Assembly: GCA_963746845.1 (NCBI GenBank) | Contig: CAVVCZ010000004.1 | Span: 928,001-992,000, forward strand | Origin: an uncultured Chloroflexia bacterium | Lineage (GTDB): Bacteria; Chloroflexota; Limnocylindria; Limnocylindrales; CSP1-4 | DNA length: 64,000 nucleotides | Direction: 5' to 3' | Shown here: piece after piece, positions 42,701-52,045 of the stretch | How the letters are laid out: each line of letters starts with the position of its first letter | Position numbering within the stretch: the stretch's first letter is position 1 | The notes under the pieces: model-generated | Database searches by the model: none | What the model was told of the DNA's origin: nothing | Seen by the model: the letters and a program-made list of their open reading frames with translations, nothing else | Made by a program: the position numbers and the translations under genes

Positions 42701-42933
42701 CCGCGCTTCTCGGCCACGAAGACGCGGCCATCCGGGGCGTAGGCGATCACCGTGGGGTTGCTCAGCCCGGTGACGAGCGTCTCGTCGACGAAGCCGGACG
42801 GCAGGGACGCGGCGGCGGCGGTCGACGCGGTCCCCGGCAGCGCCACAGGCGCCGCGACGACGAGACTCTGAGCCAGGAACGCTGCGGCCGCGAGCACGGA
42901 AAGCCCGCGGGCGCGGCCACGATGGGTCGCCAT
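39703..42933 (-). CDS. Secreted PQQ-dependent sugar dehydrogenase-like (GSDH) protein with PKD and further Ig-like domains
   Basis: Signal peptide; DRGLLGLAVDP, FGPDGMLYVSGGDG, AYGLRNPFR, DVG..WEE, NFGWP; PKD WDFGDG. Confidence 0.85.
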   Translation of the reverse strand: MATHRGRARGLSVLAAAAFLAQSLVVAAPVALPGTASTAAAASLPSGFVDETLVTGLSNPTVIAYAPDGRVFVAEKRGIVKSWATVADFNSDGPRVQTLDIRTDVMNYWDRGLLGLAVDPNWPSSPYIYLMYAYDAIPGGSAPRWGVAGADGDACPTPPGGTSDGCVSQSRLERDTVNPATGVVTSRQTLLTGWCQQFPSHSAGTVAFGPDGMLYVSGGDGASFNGGAQDYGQKGGNLPNTSSPITPKNPCGDPPGGLGGSMSAPTAEGGALRSQSFRRPAGEAAVLNGTVLRLNPATGGAASGNPAIGNSDPIRQRMVAYGLRNPFRMTFRPGTTDLYVGDVGYSTWEEVNRLANPIGAGGPVNFGWPCHEGPETGTYYTTTTLNLCATLDDPSVTAPLYDYAQSGHMASGDGCPPVPPATSAGASVSGLAFAETNSYPDPYKNALFAADYSRNCIVVLPVDGSGVPTGTAIPFESNAATPVDLTTDPNGNIVYGDFGGGNIHRIRYSAPIASFTVTPSSGMAPLSVSFDGSGSSAPASITAYDWDFGDGSTDSGQTTSHTYAAGTWTARLTVTDSNGMTATTSRSIAAGNQPPVATIDSPTCTTNCWAVGDPITLTAHATDPNDGTLPASAFSWHVGLQHCHTPSDCHEHDLLDATGVKSTSIVAPDHEAGSYLRISVTVKDSGGLTDTETIDVHPRQSTMTVVSSPAGLPVALDGVAGTGSVGPTAVIVGHAATVEAQATAAIGETMYAFSSWSDGKALIHTATAPASPQTLTATYHVTGGDAPATCAAAPVQAATGNPMAGKFGSTDDVDWIRFNVAAKGWYRIVLGDLPVDGILELFSGCSGLITTIDQPGLHWEEILANLTPGTYAIRMASTTGASSDTSYHWSVKALTGTTPLLMVASAPSAGLRYVGDVFNTATTPRSVTITAKLYSSSGKLLGSTSVHPLVTVMAGRSRSPFVINAARPAGFAYVKFTITSTPASTSTRLLTVSGTASGPTPSTWKVDGTIKNTSSTTASNVTYLLEIYNAFGTVINATTGHPLATTLAKGASTTFSVTFSGLNGAPMGTTARARAT

Positions 42934-43080
42934 GAAGGGATGAAACTCTCGGTTCGATGAAGGCTGGGGATCACGCGCCGAAGCCCCTCGCCGCGCAGGC
43001 GGGACGATACAGCAGGCAAGCGAATCCGCGCCGCCGGCACGGATTTCGTGGCGCCGGCGGGCACCGACGGACGGCGGCGA

Positions 43081-44382
43081 TCAGCCCGGCGCGGCCTCCG
43101 CGAGGACGCTGTCGATCGTCTCCACGAGCCGGTCCGCGTCGGCGTCCGAGAAGGCGAGCGGCGGCTTGATCTTCATCACGTTGTGGAACGGCCCGTCGGT
43201 GCTCAGCAGCACGCCGCGCTCGGCGGCCGTGTTCGCGAGCTCGCGGGCGAGGTCCGGGTCCGGCTCGCGGGTCGCGCGATCCCGGACCAGGTCCACCCCG
43301 ACGAACAGGCCCATCCCGCGGACGTCGCCGATCGCGTCATGACGATCGGCGAGCTCGCGGAGGCCGCGGATCAGCCGCTCCCCGGTGACCCGGGCGTGCT
43401 CCTGGAGCCGCTCCTCCTCGATGACGTCGAGCACGGCCAGCCCGATGGCCGCGGACACCGGGTTGCCGCCGAACGTGTTGAAGTACTCCATCCCGTTCGC
43501 GAACGCGTCCGCGATCGCGCGGGTCGTGACGACGGCGCCGATGGGGTGCCCGTTGCCGATCGGCTTGCCCATCGTGACGATGTCCGGCAGCGCACCCTGG
43601 GCCGCGAACGCCCAGGTGTCCACGCCGACGCGCCCGAACCCGACCTGGACCTCGTCGGCGATCGGCACGGCGCCGACTGCGCGAGCGGCGTCGAACAGCC
43701 CGGCGAGCCAGCGCGGCGGCGGCACGACCTGGCCGGCGACCGATGGGATCGCCTCCGCGATCACGGCTCCGGCGGGCCGGCCGGCACGCGCCGTCGCGTC
43801 GAGGACGGCGCGCGCCTCCTCGAGGTACGCGGACGCCACCTCCGGTCCGGTGCCGCGATGCGGACCGCGATACGGGTCCGGCAGCGGCACGACCTGGACG
43901 TCGTCCCGCTTCCCCGCCCCGCCGGGTCCCGCGAACTTGTACGGGCTGATCTCGATCAGTCGCTGGGTGTTCCCGTGATAGGCCACGTCGACGGTCGCGA
44001 CGTCCGGCCTGCCGGTGGCGGCCCGGGCCAGCCGCAACGCGAGCTCGTTCGCCTCGCTCCCGGAGTTGACGAAGTACGCGACCTCGAGGTGGCCGGGGAG
44101 CATCGCCGTCAACCGCTCCGCGTAGCGCAGGACCAGCTCGTGCAGGTATCGGGTGTTCGTGTTCAGGACGCGCATCTGGGCGACGCCCGCCTCGACGACC
44201 CGCGGGTGGGCGTGACCCACGTGGGCGACGTTGTTCACGCAGTCGAGGTACACGCGGCCGTCGGCGTCGTACAGGTAGGCGCCCTCGCCGCGGACGATGT
44301 GGAGCGGTGTCCGGTAGCTGACCGACAGCGACGGCCCGAGGAGCCGCCGCCGCTCTGCGAGGAGATCGGCGGAGGTCGTCAC
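43081..44382 (-). CDS. Class III PLP aminotransferase-like phospho-lyase (ETNPPL/PHYKPL-like)
   Basis: [59 protein letters not shown]. Confidence 0.9.
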   Translation of the reverse strand: MTTSADLLAERRRLLGPSLSVSYRTPLHIVRGEGAYLYDADGRVYLDCVNNVAHVGHAHPRVVEAGVAQMRVLNTNTRYLHELVLRYAERLTAMLPGHLEVAYFVNSGSEANELALRLARAATGRPDVATVDVAYHGNTQRLIEISPYKFAGPGGAGKRDDVQVVPLPDPYRGPHRGTGPEVASAYLEEARAVLDATARAGRPAGAVIAEAIPSVAGQVVPPPRWLAGLFDAARAVGAVPIADEVQVGFGRVGVDTWAFAAQGALPDIVTMGKPIGNGHPIGAVVTTRAIADAFANGMEYFNTFGGNPVSAAIGLAVLDVIEEERLQEHARVTGERLIRGLRELADRHDAIGDVRGMGLFVGVDLVRDRATREPDPDLARELANTAAERGVLLSTDGPFHNVMKIKPPLAFSDADADRLVETIDSVLAEAAPG

Positions 44383-45410
44383 GGGCGCGCCGCCACGCGC
44401 GCGGCCGCCTCGGCCGGGTCGATCGCGGCCAGCCGTTCGAGGAGCGCCCACGCCGGCCCCTCCGAGATCGTCAGGTACGGATCGCCCGGATCGAGCCGCG
44501 ACTGGTGCGCGCTCAACGCGACGCTCGTCGCCAGGCGCAGCGCCACGAGCTCGACGATCGCGGGGCGCTCGTCGTCCGTGAGCGGCAGCGTCTCCTCGAA
44601 CCCCTCGCGGACCGACGCGACGACCGCCAGCGGGTCCGGCGCGTCGAGCGCCGCATAGGCCGCGGCCACGGCGAGCTCGTTCACGACGACCGACCACACC
44701 GCGTCCCCGAGATCGAGCAGGCCGGTGATCCGCGTCCCCTCCACATCGACGAGGACGTTGTGGTCGTTCGCGTCGTTGTGGATGACCCCGTGCCGTAGCC
44801 GCGGCAGGACGCCCCCGAGCGGCAACAGTCGCCCCTGCCAGGCAGCGAGGAGCGCTGCCCGGTCGGGCTGCGTCACGGCGACGGCGTGCGCCGCGATCAC
44901 CCCGAGTCCTCGCTCGGCCTCCCATTGGAAGGCGCGATGGGCCGCCGGGTGGTCCCAGCCGGCGAGGGCCAGGACGGTCCGACCCATGACCCGGCCGAGA
45001 TCCACGAGGAGCTCCGTGGGCCGGACGGCGGCAGGGATGATCGCCAGCGGCCCGCCGGGAAGCCAGGTCAGGAGGCGCGCCAGCAGGTCGGGCCCGCCGT
45101 CACCTGCCCCGACGGCGACCAGCTCGCGACCGTCCGGCGTCGCGACCGGGCGCTGGCAGGGCACGCCCGCAGCCTCCAGCCGTCGCATCGCCTCGTGCTG
45201 GAGCTCGAGGAACGACGGGTCCTCGGCGGCGTTCGATACCTTGAGGACGCACCGATCCACGCCGTCGACGACGACCGCCCAGTTCTGGTCGCGCTCGCTC
45301 GGCAACGGACGCAGCGTCCCGTCGATCTCCCACTCCGCCCAGAGAACGGCCGCCGCCCGGTCGGTGTCGAGGGAAGGGCGGGTCAGGACGGCGCCGACGA
45401 GATCGCTCAC
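44379..45410 (-). CDS. APH-fold kinase (hydroxylysine/homoserine kinase type II-like)
   Basis: LPSERDQN, VLKV, IHNDANDHN, LDLGD; stop overlaps the start of the next gene. Confidence 0.85.
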   Translation of the reverse strand: MSDLVGAVLTRPSLDTDRAAAVLWAEWEIDGTLRPLPSERDQNWAVVVDGVDRCVLKVSNAAEDPSFLELQHEAMRRLEAAGVPCQRPVATPDGRELVAVGAGDGGPDLLARLLTWLPGGPLAIIPAAVRPTELLVDLGRVMGRTVLALAGWDHPAAHRAFQWEAERGLGVIAAHAVAVTQPDRAALLAAWQGRLLPLGGVLPRLRHGVIHNDANDHNVLVDVEGTRITGLLDLGDAVWSVVVNELAVAAAYAALDAPDPLAVVASVREGFEETLPLTDDERPAIVELVALRLATSVALSAHQSRLDPGDPYLTISEGPAWALLERLAAIDPAEAAARVAARP

Positions 45411-45441
45411 GCGGCCAAGGGTAGCGAACTCGTCGCGTTGG

Positions 45442-48400
45442 TCAGGTGAGACGGAGGTCCACGAGGCCGTCGCCGAGGCGTCGGTTCACCTCGGACAGCA
45501 GGTCGGCGTCGTACGCCACCCGGCGGCTCAGCTCCATCGGGAGCGTGGACGATCCGTTGGGGGCCGGCACGTGCAGGACGACCCGTGTCCCACCCGGGCG
45601 TTCACGAAGGAGCGTCCGGATGGTCTCCATCGCGAGGATCAGCCGGTCGGGTGCCGCGCCGCCGAACCGGACGTGGAGGATCTGGTCGGGCCCGCTCTCG
45701 AGCTGGGAGGTCGGCGCGGCCGAGGCGAGCGCGGCGCGGTCCCGGGCCTCGTCCGGGAGGGCCGGCTCGTCGGCGATCTCGTCGGAACCGGTCGCGGCCG
45801 AGAGGCTCTCCGGCTCGGCGTAGGTCGGGATCGGATCGCCCGGGGTGATCGCCGGCAGCTCCGCCGCCGGAGCCGCCGAGGCGGTGGGACCCGCGGGCGC
45901 GGAGCGCGCGTCCGCGCGAAGCGGCGACACACGCGGGACGCCTGGGCGGACCTCGTCCGGACGGGGTGGACGCTCGGTCGGGAGACCGGGACCCACGGCG
46001 ACCGGCTCGCGGGGCGACGCCTCGACCGCCGCAGTCGGGGACTTCGCCCAGCCGTTCGTCGCCGATCGACCGCCGCCGCCGTTCCCGTTGCCGGATCCGC
46101 CGGCGGGCGGACGCCGCCCGCGCTCGCCTGCCGCCACCTCCCGGGCGAACGCCTCCGGCCCGCGCCGGACCGCGTCGTCCCAGTCGGTCACGAGATCCGC
46201 GAGCAGCGACACGTCGTCGCCGCGGTGGTCGACCCGGCCGGCGACGAGCAGGATCGAGCCTTCGCTCCAGACCCCGGCCGTCGTCTCGTACATCCGCGGG
46301 AACACGACGACCTCGATCGTGCCCTGGAGGTCCTCGAGCGTCGCGATGCCCATCGTCGACTTCGTCTTCGTGATCACGGTCCGGAAGCCGGTCACGATCC
46401 CGCCGACCACGACCCGCTGCCCGTCGAGCGACTCGTCCTTGAGATCGCCGCTGTACGCCGTCACGAAGGCCCCGACCTGCTCGGCGACCTCGCCCATCGG
46501 GTGCTCGGACAGGTACAGCCCGAGGAGCTCCTTCTCCTTCCGGAGCCGCTCGCGCCGGGGCGCCTCGGTGCGCGGCGGGAGCGCCTCGACCGGCGCCTCC
46601 GCGAACATCAGGTCGAACGCAGACAGCTGGCCCGTCGCCTGCTGTTGCTGGGCCGCCTGGGCGGACGGCAGGATCGTCGGCAGCGCGTCGATGATCTGGA
46701 CCGGGTGGCCGAACGCCGACAGCGCGCCGACCCAGGCGAGCGCCTCGATCACACGGGAGTTCACGAGCCGCAGATCCACCCGCTCGCAGAAGTCCCGGAG
46801 CGACTTGAACTCGCCACCCTCCTTGCGGGCCGCGACGATCGATTCGATCGCGCTCTGGCCGACGTTCTTGACGGCGAGGAGGCCGAACCGGATCGACGGC
46901 CCCTCCACCGTGAACTCCACATCCGAGCGATGGACGTCCGGCGGCAGGACCTCGATCCCCATCCGGCGGCACTCGGCCACCGCAGCGGCGACCTTCTCCT
47001 CGTTCGACCGGAAGGCCGTGAGGACCGCGGTCATGTACTCAACGGTGTAGTTCGCCTTCAGGTAGGCGGTCTGGTAGGCGATCAGCCCGTAGCAGGTCGC
47101 GTGGGCCTTGTTGAAGCCATAGCGCTCGAACGGCTGGAACGCCGCGAAGACCTGGTCGATGACCCGGGCGTCGACCCCACGCTCGGCCGCCTGGGTGACG
47201 AACTTCTCCCGCTGCGCCCGCAGGACCGACGACTTCTTCTTCCGGATCGCGTAGCCGAGCGTGTCCGCCTCCGGCCCGGTGAAGCCGCCGAGGGCGATGG
47301 CCGCGGACATGATGTCCTCCTGGTAGACGAAGATCCCGTAGGTCTTCTCCAGGTACGGCTCGAGCAGCGGATGCAGGTACGTGACCGGCTCCTGGCCGTG
47401 CTTCCGCCGGATGTACGCCGGGATGTTGTCCATCGGCCCGGGTCGGAACAGGGCGACCATCGCCGCGAGGTCCAGGACGGAGGTCGGCTTCAGGTCGCGA
47501 ATGTAGCGACGCATCCCCGCCGACTCCAGCTGGAAGATGCCGGTCGTCTCGCCGGACGCCAGCAGGTCGAACGTCTTCGTGTCGTCCAGCGGGATCCGGT
47601 CGAGGTCGATCTCGACCTCGCGCTCCTGGCGCACCAGGTCCACCGCGTGGCGGAGGATCGTCAGGTTCGACAGGCCGAGGAAGTCGAACTTCAGCAGCCC
47701 GAGCGCCTCGATCCCGTGCATCTCGTACTGGGTCATCAGCGCGTCGGAGTTCGTCGCCTTCTGGAGCGGCATCAGCTCCGTCAGCGGCTCGCGGCTGATC
47801 ACGACGCCCGCGGCGTGGGTCGAGGCGTTGCGCGCGACACCCTCGAGCTGCCGGGCGAAGTCGATCATCCGCTTCACGCCGGGATCGGCGTCCACCTGAC
47901 CTTTCAGGTCCGGCGAGATCTCGAGCGCCTCGTCGAGCTTGATCCCGAGCTGGTTCGGGACCGCCTTGGCGACCCGGTCGACCTCACCGTAGCTGTACCC
48001 GAGGACCCGGCCGACGTCGCGGATCGCCGCCCGGGCGAGCATCGTGCCGAACGTGATGATCTGGGCGACGTGGTCCGAGCCGTACTTGCGCGACACGTAC
48101 GAGATGACCTCGTCCCGGCGCTCGTCCTCGAAGTCGACGTCGATGTCCGGCATCGTCACCCGGTCCGGGTTGAGGAAGCGCTCGAACGGGAGGCCGTAGG
48201 CGATCGGGTCGACCGGGGTGATCCCCAGCGTGTAGGTGACGATGCTGCCCGGCGCGCTGCCCCGGCAGGTCGTCTGGATGCGCTGCTCGCGGGCGAACCG
48301 GACGAAGTCGGCGACGATCAGGAAGTAGCCGGCGTAGCCCATTGTCAGGATCACGCCGAGCTCGTAGTCGAGGCGCGCCTGGAGCTCCGGCGTCACCGCC

Positions 48401-49347
48401 GCGTAGCGCTCGGCGAGACCGCGCTGGCACTCCTTCCGGAGCCAAGTCTCGACCGTCTCGCCGTCCGGCACCGGGAAGTGCGGGATCCGGAGCTGGCCGA
48501 GCGGCAGCTCGAGGTCCGTCATCTCCGAGATCAGCCGGGTGTTGAGGATCGCCTCGCGCTGGTCGGGGAACAACGCCGCCATCTCGGCGGCCGACTTCAG
48601 CCAGAAGTGGTCGGTCTCGAACTTCATCCGGCCGGCGGTGTCGAGATTGTTGCCGGTGCCGACGCACAGCAGGACGTCGTGCGCCTCGGACTGGCTCCGG
48701 TGGACGTAGTGGAGGTCGTTCGTCACGACGAGGGGCAGGCCGGTCTCGGGCGCGAGGCGGAGCAGCTTCTCGTTCAGGACGCGCTGCTCCGGCAGCCCGT
48801 GGTCCTGGAGCTCGAGGAAGAAGTTGCCCGTGCCGAGGATGTCGCCGTACTCGCCGGCGAGCCGCCGGGCACCGTCCCAGTCCTCGATCTCGAGGGCCCG
48901 CGGGATCTCGCCTCCGAGGCACGCGGACAGCCCGACGAGCCCTTCCGCGTAGCGGGCGAGGTGCTCGTGGTCGATCCGGGGCCGGTAGTAGTAGCCGTCG
49001 ACGTGGGCGTCCGTGACGAGCCGGCACAGGTTCCGGTAGCCGGCGAGGTCCTTCGCGAGGAGGATCAGGTGGAAGGGCTGGGCGTCGGCCTTGCCCTCCT
49101 TCTCGGTCATCGACCGGCGGGCGACATAGGTCTCGACGCCGATGATCGGCTTGATCCCCTTCGTCTTCGCCGCCTGGTAGAAGGCAACCGCGCCGTAGAG
49201 CGCGCCGTGATCGGTCAGCGCGAGGCTGTCGAAGCCCTGGGCGGCCGCCGAATCGACGAGGTCCGTGATCCGCCCGAGCCCGTCGAGGAGGCTGAACTCC
49301 GAGTGGGTGTGGAGGTGCGTGAAGTCGTTCGGGGCGAGGGTCGTCAC
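45442..49347 (-). CDS. dnaE: DNA polymerase III alpha subunit
   Basis: PHP HLHTHSEFSLLDG, TDHG; RGSA, MPDIDVDF, HAAG, KFDFLGL, YGFNKAH, EKELLGLYLSEHP, OB fold. Confidence 0.98.
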   Translation of the reverse strand: MTTLAPNDFTHLHTHSEFSLLDGLGRITDLVDSAAAQGFDSLALTDHGALYGAVAFYQAAKTKGIKPIIGVETYVARRSMTEKEGKADAQPFHLILLAKDLAGYRNLCRLVTDAHVDGYYYRPRIDHEHLARYAEGLVGLSACLGGEIPRALEIEDWDGARRLAGEYGDILGTGNFFLELQDHGLPEQRVLNEKLLRLAPETGLPLVVTNDLHYVHRSQSEAHDVLLCVGTGNNLDTAGRMKFETDHFWLKSAAEMAALFPDQREAILNTRLISEMTDLELPLGQLRIPHFPVPDGETVETWLRKECQRGLAERYAAVTPELQARLDYELGVILTMGYAGYFLIVADFVRFAREQRIQTTCRGSAPGSIVTYTLGITPVDPIAYGLPFERFLNPDRVTMPDIDVDFEDERRDEVISYVSRKYGSDHVAQIITFGTMLARAAIRDVGRVLGYSYGEVDRVAKAVPNQLGIKLDEALEISPDLKGQVDADPGVKRMIDFARQLEGVARNASTHAAGVVISREPLTELMPLQKATNSDALMTQYEMHGIEALGLLKFDFLGLSNLTILRHAVDLVRQEREVEIDLDRIPLDDTKTFDLLASGETTGIFQLESAGMRRYIRDLKPTSVLDLAAMVALFRPGPMDNIPAYIRRKHGQEPVTYLHPLLEPYLEKTYGIFVYQEDIMSAAIALGGFTGPEADTLGYAIRKKKSSVLRAQREKFVTQAAERGVDARVIDQVFAAFQPFERYGFNKAHATCYGLIAYQTAYLKANYTVEYMTAVLTAFRSNEEKVAAAVAECRRMGIEVLPPDVHRSDVEFTVEGPSIRFGLLAVKNVGQSAIESIVAARKEGGEFKSLRDFCERVDLRLVNSRVIEALAWVGALSAFGHPVQIIDALPTILPSAQAAQQQQATGQLSAFDLMFAEAPVEALPPRTEAPRRERLRKEKELLGLYLSEHPMGEVAEQVGAFVTAYSGDLKDESLDGQRVVVGGIVTGFRTVITKTKSTMGIATLEDLQGTIEVVVFPRMYETTAGVWSEGSILLVAGRVDHRGDDVSLLADLVTDWDDAVRRGPEAFAREVAAGERGRRPPAGGSGNGNGGGGRSATNGWAKSPTAAVEASPREPVAVGPGLPTERPPRPDEVRPGVPRVSPLRADARSAPAGPTASAAPAAELPAITPGDPIPTYAEPESLSAATGSDEIADEPALPDEARDRAALASAAPTSQLESGPDQILHVRFGGAAPDRLILAMETIRTLLRERPGGTRVVLHVPAPNGSSTLPMELSRRVAYDADLLSEVNRRLGDGLVDLRLT

Positions 49348-49452
49348 GGGGGGTCAATGGTAGCCGCGCGGCCGGCCTGCCGGGCGAGAAGCCAGCTGGA
49401 TTCGCCGGATGGCGGTCGGTGACGGGCGACGATCCAGTCGGCGAGCCGGTCG

Positions 49453-50932
49453 TCAGCCGCCGGCGATCCACCCCGCGATGCGCTCCGCGATCATGATCGT
49501 CGGGAGATGGCTGAAGCCCGACGGGACCGTCGGCATGATCGACGCGTCGGCGACGTACAGACCGTCCGTGCCGTGGACCCGCCCGCCCGCCGTCACCACC
49601 GCCCCGGCCTCCGGTGCGACGCCCATCGCGCACGTCCCCACCACGTGCGGGATCGAGCGAGCCGTGTCGCGCACGAGGGCGAGCCGTCCGGGGGCGTCCG
49701 GTGGGTCCTCCAGCTTGACGCCGCCGAGGCGCCGAAACGCCGGGTCATGCACGATCGCGAACGCCCGCTCGCAGCCCTCCGCGAGTCGCTCCCGATCCCC
49801 CGCCCCATCGACGACCGGGAGCCGGATCACCGGCGGATCGAGCGGGTTCGTGGACCGGAGCCGCACGCTCCCCCGGGCTTCGGGCTTGAGTAACAGGACG
49901 GCGATCTCGAGCTGCGGCGGGCTGTCCGGCGCGTCGGGATCCCCGAGCCAGATCAGGAGGTCCGGGGGCCTGCCGCGATCCGCCGACGCGCTGTGGAACG
50001 TCGCAACCGCGTGGAGCGAGGGCGCCGTCCGGCCCGGTCCCGTGTAACCGGCGTCGATGTCGACGGTCGGGTGATCGGACAGGTTGGCTCCGACCCCGGG
50101 GAGATCGACCCGGACCCGGATCCCGAGTGCCGTGGAGGTCATCGGCCGCGCCGATCCCCGAGCGAAGGAGGATCGCGGGGCTGCCGTACGTGCCGGCACA
50201 GACCACGACCCGGTCGGCGTCGATCGATCCGCCGTCCGCCAGGCGGACGCCGCTCACCGAGGTTCCCGCGAACCGGAGCTCCGCAACGGGCGCGTCCGGC
50301 AGGATCGTGAGGCCGGACCGGTCGCCGTGGCCCAGGTAGGCGTCGAACGTCGTGACCCGCGCCCCGTCGATCGAGCTCATCGGCATCGGCCCGACCCCCA
50401 CCGCGCCGGGTTCGTTGTGGTCGTCGACGCGGGCGAAGCCGGCGGCGACGGCGGCATCGACGAGGGCCGTGAGGGCCGGTGTGGGCTCGACGTCGCGATA
50501 GCGGTTGACCGGGATCGGGCCGTCGTCGCCATGCCACGGTCGATCCCCGAATTCGACGTCCCGCTCGAGCCGTCGGAGGACCGGCAGGACGGCGTCGAAC
50601 GACCACCCGTCGTTGCCGAGCGCCGCCCACTCGTCGAAGTCGCCGGGCTGGCCGCGCAACGCGAACCGGGTCAACCACGAGGTGCCACCGAGCAGGCGGA
50701 TGCGCCGCACCTTCCTCGTCTCGCCTCGAGCGTTCGGCTCGGCCGTGAAGCCCCAGTCGTGCTCGCCGGTCATGCCCCAGCCGTCGCGCAGGTCGCTCGC
50801 GACCGGATCGGGGACCAGCGGGCCCGCCTCGATGAGGGCCACGGATCGGCCGGTCTCCGCCAGACGCGCTGCGACCACGCAACCGGCGGCACCGCCGCCG
50901 ACGACCGCCACATCGAACCGACCTCTTGCCAC
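49453..50932 (-). CDS. GMC-family oxidoreductase (apparent frameshift near 50135)
   Basis: GGGAAG, LIEAG, LLGGTS, SPAILLRSGIG; VGANLSDHP, HVVGTCAMG, VADASIMP. Confidence 0.88.
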
Positions 50933-51038
50933 GCCGCCGCCCTCCTGACGGTGTCTCCGGCGGCAGTCTGGTCCACCCGCGCCCGATGTGTCCACGGTGT
51001 CGTGCGTCGGCGATCGAGCCGCCGGGTATCGTGGCGCC

Positions 51039-51416
51039 GTGATCCCGCCCGCACCGCCGGATTCCGTCGACTTCGATGCCGTCATCGACGACGTGCTCGA
51101 CGGCCTCCCGGAGCCCTTCTTCGAGCAGCTGGGCTCCGTCGCGATCGTCGTCGAGGACGAGCCGACCCCTGACCAGCTGGCGTCGGTCCACGCCGGCGGG
51201 CTGTTCGGGCTGTACCAGGGCGTCCCCCGGACACGGTTCGGGGCGGACAATGCGCCGATCCCGAGCAAGATCACGCTGTTCCGCGGTCCGCTGACCCGAT
51301 TCAACCCCGGTCGCGAGCGCCTGACGCAGGCTATCGAGGAGACACTGCTCCACGAGATCGCCCACCACCTCGGGATCGACGACGAGCGCCTCCGCGAGAT
51401 CCACGCGGGCGGCTGA
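51039..51416 (+). CDS. Zincin-like minimal metallopeptidase (DUF1025-like)
   Basis: LFGLYQGVP, ITLFRGP, HEIAHHLG. Confidence 0.88.
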   Translation: MIPPAPPDSVDFDAVIDDVLDGLPEPFFEQLGSVAIVVEDEPTPDQLASVHAGGLFGLYQGVPRTRFGADNAPIPSKITLFRGPLTRFNPGRERLTQAIEETLLHEIAHHLGIDDERLREIHAGG

Positions 51417-51421
51417 CCGAC

Positions 51422-52045
51422 CTATCGACCGATCAGGCCCGCCACGACCGGCGCGATCCGGTCCACCCAGAGGGTGTACTGGGCACCCGACGGATGAAGC
51501 CCGTCGTCCGCCACCAGGCTCCGGTCCGCCGCCGCACGGAGCGACAGATCGTGGATGTCGACCCACGCGATTCCACGCTCACCGGACAGCTCGCGGAGGA
51601 TCTCGTTGGTGCCGCGGATGCCGGCCGACCGGGCCACGGGGTCGCCGTAGTCGGCACCCTGCGGCGTGACCGTGTAGTCCGGCGTCGAAATCGTCACGAG
51701 CCGACCGGCAGGCAGCCGGGCGAGGAGGGCGTCGAGGATCGCGCTGGCGTTCGCTCGATAGGTCGCCGCCGGGACGCCCTGGACGACGTCGTTGACGCCG
51801 ACGAGGAGCGAGACGAACTCCGGCCGCAGCCCGTCCAGCGCCGGCAGCTCCTCCCGGATCACGTCGGCGGAGGTGAACCCGTTGACGCCGAGGTTCGCGA
51901 CCAGGTTGAGGCTCGGCGGCTCGGGGCCGAGCGCGGCCACCAGCTGGTCCGGCCAGCGCTCCGCCGCCGTCCGGGTGGCGGTCCCGATCGTGTAGCTGTC
52001 GCCGAGGGCGACGAAGCGCAGCGCCGCCGACGCCGGATCGGTCAC
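51422..52045 (-). CDS. SGNH/GDSL hydrolase
   Basis: ALGDSYT, GVND, DGLHPS. Confidence 0.9.
   Translation of the reverse strand: MTDPASAALRFVALGDSYTIGTATRTAAERWPDQLVAALGPEPPSLNLVANLGVNGFTSADVIREELPALDGLRPEFVSLLVGVNDVVQGVPAATYRANASAILDALLARLPAGRLVTISTPDYTVTPQGADYGDPVARSAGIRGTNEILRELSGERGIAWVDIHDLSLRAAADRSLVADDGLHPSGAQYTLWVDRIAPVVAGLIGR

Noticed and set aside
36707-45410. Genomic island integrated at tRNA-Leu
   Set aside because: No integrase, no att duplication seen and no obvious compositional shift.
45690-46150. Intein in DnaE
   Set aside because: No C-terminal HN/C-S-T junction or LAGLIDADG blocks; the insert is low complexity.
44725-49422. Very long antisense ORFs (1565 aa opposite dnaE, also opposite uvrB, recJ, uvrA and the ABC genes)
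   Set aside because: Shadow ORFs expected from high GC3 codon bias; no recognisable motifs.
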